A stretch of 64,000 nucleotides of DNA. It comes from Tubulanus polymorphus. Lineage: Eukaryota; Animalia; Nemertea. Location of the stretch: assembly GCF_964204645.1 (NCBI RefSeq), contig NC_134025.1:25152299-25216298 (forward strand), read 5' to 3'. Under the pieces are notes generated by a model, which had not been told where the DNA came from, did no database searches, and saw only the letters and a program-made list of their open reading frames with translations. This document shows positions 56,642 to 64,000 of this stretch, piece after piece. The position numbers were made by a program, and so were the translations under genes. How positions within the stretch are numbered: position 1 is the first letter of the stretch; each line of letters begins with the position of its first letter.

Positions 56642-59600
56642 TCAAGGCATATGTGTAGCCAATGGTGCCCTTTGAGGCATAGCATATGGAGCACCAAGAA
56701 ACTGATCAGCTATTCGCCCAGCCTCGCGTAGTCCGCTTAACAATGCACCATGTACAGTTGCAGGGTAGTTTCTGATAGTGTGCTCCCCCGCAAAAAACAG
56801 TCTAGGCATATGAGCTGAAGTTGTAGGTTGTCCTGGAATAGGCGGATTTGAGGAAACAGGGCTAGCCATCAGGTCATAGTCATTACCTATAAAATATCAA
56901 CAACGCGTACAGTTTATTCAAGTCGAAAGAATTGCAGGGCCAAAGGAATTCTATTGTATGAAGTAGGACTGATAAGTTTTACCTGAAGAGCCAGCTGCTA
57001 CATAAGAATATGAACCTCTAGACCATGGGTCAGCTCTCCATCTTGTAACAACTGTTTCTTTTGGCTGAAAACGATTAAAATCCAAGAAATGCAATACAGA
57101 AGATGCTCAGAGAACAAGAACTTGATACCAAAATTATACTTGTTTATCTTGGATTGTTAAGAATTCTGACCTGTGGAACTGCATTATTTCCAAATATTCC
57201 TTTCAGTACGGCCAGGGAACGACCAACAATTACATCATCGCTAACATTCTCCATTATGGCAGCTGCTTCTCCTGCCACAAGAGCCAATAATACGGGAGCC
57301 TTGTATAGGTTCCAGAACAAAAACAGTTCGCCTCTACTAGCTGTTGTACTACCAACATGACCAAACAGGTTAGCATTAGGGTCCCAAAATACTCGATCAA
57401 AGCATAAAACAACCTATAAAACACAAAATAAGAGTTCAAGTTATAAGTATAGGTGTATAAAATGTATTTCCAAGAAGCCAGCAATCTCATTATCTACCAG
57501 GCAATCTTTTTTGCTAAATAGATACGTACAAATTAATGAGTATCAAGTTATGAAAAACATTTACCTTATTGAGATTCCCAAAACCCATTCTCTGAACGGC
57601 TGATGTTTTCCACTCGGGTAAAGGAGGAATGAACTGCACTGCATTTACTCCATTGCCGCGTAGGGTTTCCTTCAACACGCCGAGAGGTAGTGTACACAAT
57701 ACTGCATCGCCTTTATAGGAGATCGCGTTCGTGTTACTTCGGGAATGAGTGCAAACAACTTCAACAACTGCAATGATAACAACTGAAATTTGTATTCTGC
57801 TGCACTTTATCCTCAAATCCTATCCATCATTACCCCTTCATAGAGCTCCTATTCTCATCGATATAGGGGTTTTAAGACTCACCGTTTCCGTGATAGATGA
57901 CTTGTCGCACAGCGGTGTTTAACTTGATATCGAGACCTTCGGATAGTGCGACCGGTACGCAGGAATAACCATTTCTCACTAGATATTCAAACAAAATATA
58001 TTTCCAAATTGTCAACATGAATTTTACGAACGCAATTGAAAACTGGAGATACGATACCTGTTAGATGACTTCCAGAAAACTCGAAATCATCATCTTGATC
58101 CCAGTGTTTCAATGACAGTGTTGATAAAGGTGTGGCATTAGCGAATTCCAAATTAGCAAAATGCCAGTCCAGTATTTGGCGGTCCCTTGATGACAAGTAC
58201 ACATCACTGAAATCATGAGCATTTATTCAAAATTTCAGCCATTTCAACAGAATGAGCTAATATTACTACAGATTCCATTCTCACCTCGGAGGCGAATCTT
58301 CTAATTCCTTCAATTTTCCTTCTATTTCCTTCTGTTTTTCAACCAAGATGTCAAATTCCTGGAAAGAATTTTATCATTGATTAAATGCGTGAAAATGCTG
58401 TATGCTTGAAAATTAATCAGAGTGTAGCAGACCTTTCTGAACTTGATACTGATTAGGTCGTCATAAAATATCAAATAAGGTTGAAATTTTCAGTGTAAAA
58501 CGAATAACAAAACAATATGGAAGAATTTAATGGCAAAATCTACTGTATCCTATATTTTCCCCAAAATGACGAAATTACCTTGCATTCAACATTGAGATCC
58601 CGGAGTTTACTACGAACGAGGAATTCTGCTGTGATGTCACGAGGCTGTTTTACATCTTTTGCTTCTTGATATTGTTTCTTTAACTCATTGATTTTCTCTC
58701 GACGTGTGACCATCTGAAAAACAATCATTTCATGTCTCCTGACAATCGACATTCAAATCAGATTCAATCGAATGTAAGAATCAAATTATAAACGTACCTC
58801 ATCTTGACAAGATTTCAGTTTTTCTTGCATTTCGATTATGCTTTTCTGATATTCGATCTGTTTTTCTTTAACATGTTTTTCTTGTAATCTACAGAATTAT
58901 CGATATTCACTTTAAAATACCATCGACTACGCAACGCAATACTGACTCTATAGAACCGATATTTTACATACTTAATGACTAGCTCCAGGGACTGCCCTAA
59001 AGTGACTGGTTTACTGCAGATGAAGTTGAAATCCATTTGATGAGACATATATGACGTTGATTCTAATAATCGATTGAATTCGCGTTCGACCATTTCATCT
59101 TTGTCTTTTGGTACTGTGTTTCCATTAGATTCATAGAGGGGACATTTCTGTTTAATCTTATGCAGAACCATATTCACTTGTTTGCTCAATACGGTTATAG
59201 GATTTCCACCTGTGAATGATTTTGTGAGAAAATGATTATTTTCTCTTAATTTCTTAAAACTAAAAACGCAGTCAATGCGACAAGGCAATTTTACCTAATC
59301 CCGTCACAACCATGGCCCCTAGATCAGCTATGTAGTTATCTTTCCTAAACGTTGCCACTCGACCGCCTACCCTGTCCTGAAATACAAGTATAAACTTGAA
59401 CACTTCTGAAATTTATGGACAATGCATGAATGGCTATGTTTTTACAAGTGGATCAAAAATCAGAAATGGTTACAATCCGATCGCTAGACTGATCAACTGA
59501 AGGTAATGTGGTACTTACCCTCGCTTCAAGTATCACAACTTCCATTCCAAATGACGTTAATTGCCGAGCAGCTTCAAGTCCTGACACTCCTGCTCCAATG

Positions 59601-61058
59601 ATAATCACTTTACCCATCTTCTTAACTAATCAATAAAAAATTTTGGGTTACGATTTTGGCAAACCGGTAGCTCCAAGTACTAAGTAAACATCATCATCCC
59701 CTCGGCAGAGATCCCCTCTGATGACATCGAGACTGACACAGAGTGCAGTGATGCCGTCAGATTCGAATCCCAGCCAAGGGAAGACGAGTTAATATTAGCA
59801 TCATTAATGAATTCAAATATCCCTACTCACCTGGTATTGGCTTCAAACGTTTGAATACTCCAAAATTGATATAGCCGTGACGATCAAGGAAAGCATGTAA
59901 TCTCATCACTAATGGACCATCACCTGATAATACATATACCACATATACCAATGATTTTATTAAACGTGTTAATGCATTAAGTTGTATAACACCTTTTCCA
60001 AGAGGTGAATAAAATTTTTCTTATGACATCATACGAGTGTGGTTTCTGGGATTTCTCAAAAACTATTGAAACAATAGAATATAACTGAATATCTCATAGA
60101 TTTAGAAGTACTTTTGATAGTAATTTGCTCGAATGCCGGTACTTACTATTATATGGAGGATCAATGTTTGGTAATGTGTTTTCTATGATCAGCTGTTGCA
60201 TGGGATTTTCCAACCACAATTGTAACTGTAAGATAAAATTCGAAATGATCATAGCATCGAATATAGGCCTATACATCATACATCGGCCTATACATAGAAT
60301 TCTCAAACCTTCAAATGTATGAGTGGCTTCAAATACGACTTACAATGCGATTTCTGATGTAGAGGAATACTTGTTGAGTTTGTGGGGAACCTTGTGCAAT
60401 ATCAGGGAAAAACGAGGCCTCTTGCGAAGTGAGTTTGTCATGAGGTAATCGGCTTTGAAAAGCAGCTCCTTCTAAACCTGAAAAGATTCCTTTTTTAAAC
60501 AAATACAACCAGGACCAGTTTCCACCATTTAAGGTAGGTTTGTAGGTTTTTATGTTTACCAGTAAGTAATGTATTCATAGGATCATCATTTTCACTTTCA
60601 ACTGGATCCTCAGCAACAGGCGGTGCAACTGGGGTTGGTTTTTCCTCTTTTACAGGCTTTTCTAAAACAGGCTTCGATTTTTTCTCTCCATCCGAGTTTT
60701 CCGCTGCATCATCCGATATGTTGGCATATTCCATAATCTCCTTATACTCGACCTGCAAATGTAACGCGTTAAAGATATCGCAAACATTTTATTTACTGGA
60801 TCAAGAAAAGACAATAGCGGTTAAGTATAGGTCTTAAAAAACTTTAAAAACCTTCGCCTTTTTTCTCTTGCTTCTTCTACTTTGGGCATCAGCATCGTTT
60901 CCATCACTGACACTGCTTTGGCTGTCAGCGTCAGGACTCAGCCTTTTACCGGCAGGTTGTTGCTGCATTTTCTTGGCCTCTTCTTCCTTGTTATTAGACC
61001 CGGCATTATTTTGATTAGAACTGGAAGTGGGGCGTGAAATCGGAACGCTGTTCGACAT
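56642..61058 (-). CDS. KDM1A: Lysine-specific histone demethylase 1A (LSD1), 17 exons
   Basis: Exons approx.: 61058-60852, 60752-60560, 60477-60344, 60225-60147, 59923-59831, 59625-59519, 59376-59295, 59209-58972, 58888-58798, 58713-58579, 58358-58285, 58206-58058, 57978-57883, 57767-57565, 57413-57171, 57064-56983, 56886-56642. LSD1 peptides [90 protein letters not shown]. Confidence 0.96.
59694..59784 (-). ncRNA. Candidate structured RNA: ~90-nt long hairpin in KDM1A intron 5
   Basis: On the KDM1A sense strand, UUCCCUUGGC/GCCGAGGGGA, GGGAUUC/GGAUCUC, UCUGACGGCAUC/GAUGUCAUCAGA, ACUG/CAGU and CAC/GUG pair, with five G-U wobbles that work only on this strand. GC-rich island in an AT-rich intron. 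Confidence 0.5.
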
Positions 61059-61477
61059 TCGGAGTTATGGGAATAATTTCGCGTGAAAGTAGGAAAAGTA
61101 GGAGGCTAACAAAAGATGAAGCCAGTTTTTGTTGCAGCTTGCCGAAGTAACCACAATAGAAAATCGTCAAAATGAAATGTCGAAGAGTATCGGCGATTAT
61201 TAAACCTATTTCAAAGTGATTTTCAATAATTAATGTTATACTTAAATAGTGTAAAATATAGAAAAAATATCATAAATAAATGTTTACATGTATCATTACA
61301 TATCTATCAAATCATAGAATTTCGTTTCGTTTTTACGTCTATGACTAGTAGTGAACGCTATTATTGAATTGGATTGAATCGTCCGCTTATTTTCCGACGT
61401 AAATTACTTCCTGGTGCGGAATTATTCGATAAAACTTGATTTTGTCGCCGTTCTTAACTCAGGATAATCCAGAAAAC
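61059..61477. promoter_or_regulatory. Bidirectional promoter region shared by KDM1A and TRAPPC3
   Basis: Divergent ATGs about 420 bp apart. ETS-like acttcctgg / gcggaa at ~61405-61421. Confidence 0.6.
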
Positions 61478-62636
<1,159 letters not shown>

Positions 62637-63588
62637 AAAATTATCATTCCTTTGTACTGGATTTTTCTATTAACTGCATATGTTGTATGCATAATGCAAA
62701 CTAGTCACCTAATAATTCTGTAACTCAACATCATGAGTGCTATCACAGATTAGTGTTGGACCGATTTGGACAACAGTGGGCTCCTTAAGTTTAGAATTAA
62801 TTTGAGCCTGCTTTAAATGAATGTATTATCGTCATCGATATCATTGATGGAAGCCTGGTAGGGGTCTATTGGTGTCCGGCTCGTTTGGTGATAAATATCT
62901 GTAGGTGACAGGGTTTCTATAAAAACTCTCTCATCAGATTGATACCAATTTCATTAGGAATAATTGATACTTTTTCGATTTATAAAAGTTTAGATTGTGT
63001 ATAGTTTTAGTTGAATTTTATAATAAAAATCTTATCAGTGATAATTTGAATTAAGCATTTTAGGCACAATTGAATTGATTACTAGCCTTTTTTAGATTTC
63101 ACTAAAAGAAAAGAATTTTTGTTTGTCCTCATGAATTTTGATTATCACCTCTAAGTCGGATATGATGCATTATCTACTATATTTGTGATATAATTATGTT
63201 AAATAAAAACTGTTTTATAGAAAATTTACTATTGTTTTTTTAATTGAGTGCGTTGTGGTGCTTATAATTTGACATCCATCATCATGACATAATGACAAAT
63301 GACATAAAGATGAAGTAATTTGGAGGATCATTCAGCAAGACACAAGCTGTTTATTATTAGTAGCAATCATGAATTTAACGCAAGTAACAGGAGCCAATAA
63401 CGTGTCCGTGCATAATTTTCTCGGCTAATTTATTCTCAAAAAGGATTCAATGATTTTATAAGAAAGTAACAATTTGTAAAGACTTGCACTGGTGAGACCA
63501 AAAAATATACTTTGTATAAATAAATTGTGTCGGGCTCGATTGTTGTTTCTGTCGCGCAACATGAAAGGGTTCCGCTTTTCCTAGAATG

Positions 63589-63849
63589 CTACGTCACCGA
63601 TATTCTGACGTCATTGCTTACGTCAGGTTGAAGCATTCTGATTGGTGGTTATTTATTGTCGCGATGTTTATTGGCGTCGAAAATCACGTGCTGTTGCTAA
63701 ATTTAGAAACATGACCTCATCATTCGGTGACTCATTCGGTATATAAGGGACATCGAGAGGTATTCCCTCAAAACGTTCAGGAGAGAATCTCTGTATTTCC
63801 TAGCACTGCGCAACAAAAGCCGACTCGAACCGTACCAGCGCGTGAGTCA
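63589..63849 (+). promoter_or_regulatory. Immediate-early-type promoter: CRE, CCAAT, E-box, AP-1, TATA
   Basis: TGACGTCA 63606-63613, TTACGTCA 63618-63625, ATTGG 63641 and 63670, CACGTG 63685-63690, TGACTCA 63728-63734, TATATAA 63740-63746, TGAGTCA 63843-63849. Confidence 0.7.
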
Positions 63850-63919
63850 TCGTTAGGACTTTCCTGACTAAGTCAACTACTGAACCCAATACTCCAACAT
63901 AATATCAGGAACCGTCACG

Positions 63920-64000
63920 ATGTACAGTTCGCAGAGCAACCATCAAGAAATGAGCGATTCGAAATACACGGTCGCTGATATTTTATCGTCTATGGCCAGT
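63920..64000 (+). CDS. 5' fragment of a protein-coding gene truncated by the window end; possibly Fos-family bZIP
   Basis: ATG about 175 nt after the TATA box and open to the window edge: MYSSQSNHQEMSDSKYTVADILSSMAS. The identity rests on promoter type and a recalled resemblance to spiralian Fos N-termini only. Confidence 0.5.
   Translation, partial: MYSSQSNHQEMSDSKYTVADILSSMAS

Noticed and set aside
59718-59770. Hammerhead ribozyme (CTGATGA core) or tRNA-derived SINE (gattcgaatccc)
   Set aside because: No GAAA core after stem II and no A box or cloverleaf; better explained as the - strand hairpin.

Overview
Animal (invertebrate bilaterian, probably spiralian) nuclear DNA, AT-rich and with GT-AG introns; it is not prokaryotic. 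In order: (1) three tandem 466-aa genes with single-exon CDSs (- strand) carrying the motif set of bacterial MurL (UDP-MurNAc-L-Ala-L-Glu epimerase; PP-loop/QueC-like ATPase with a Cys4 Zn site). They appear to have acquired a spliceosomal 5'UTR intron and are the best candidate for an undescribed, horizontally acquired enzyme system. (2) An LRRC74-like LRR gene. (3) A three-gene achaete-scute bHLH cluster. (4) tRNA-Ala(CGC). (5) A 20-kb DUF4140/DUF4139 (F37C4.5-like) gene whose reading frame forces a pair of mutually exclusive exons. (6) KDM1A/LSD1, with a strand-specific ~90-nt intronic hairpin, head-to-head with TRAPPC3/Bet3. (7) The 5' end of a gene under a CRE/AP-1-dense TATA promoter, possibly Fos-like. 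Exon coordinates were derived by eye from splice signals and frame continuity, and homology calls come from motif recognition, not database searches.
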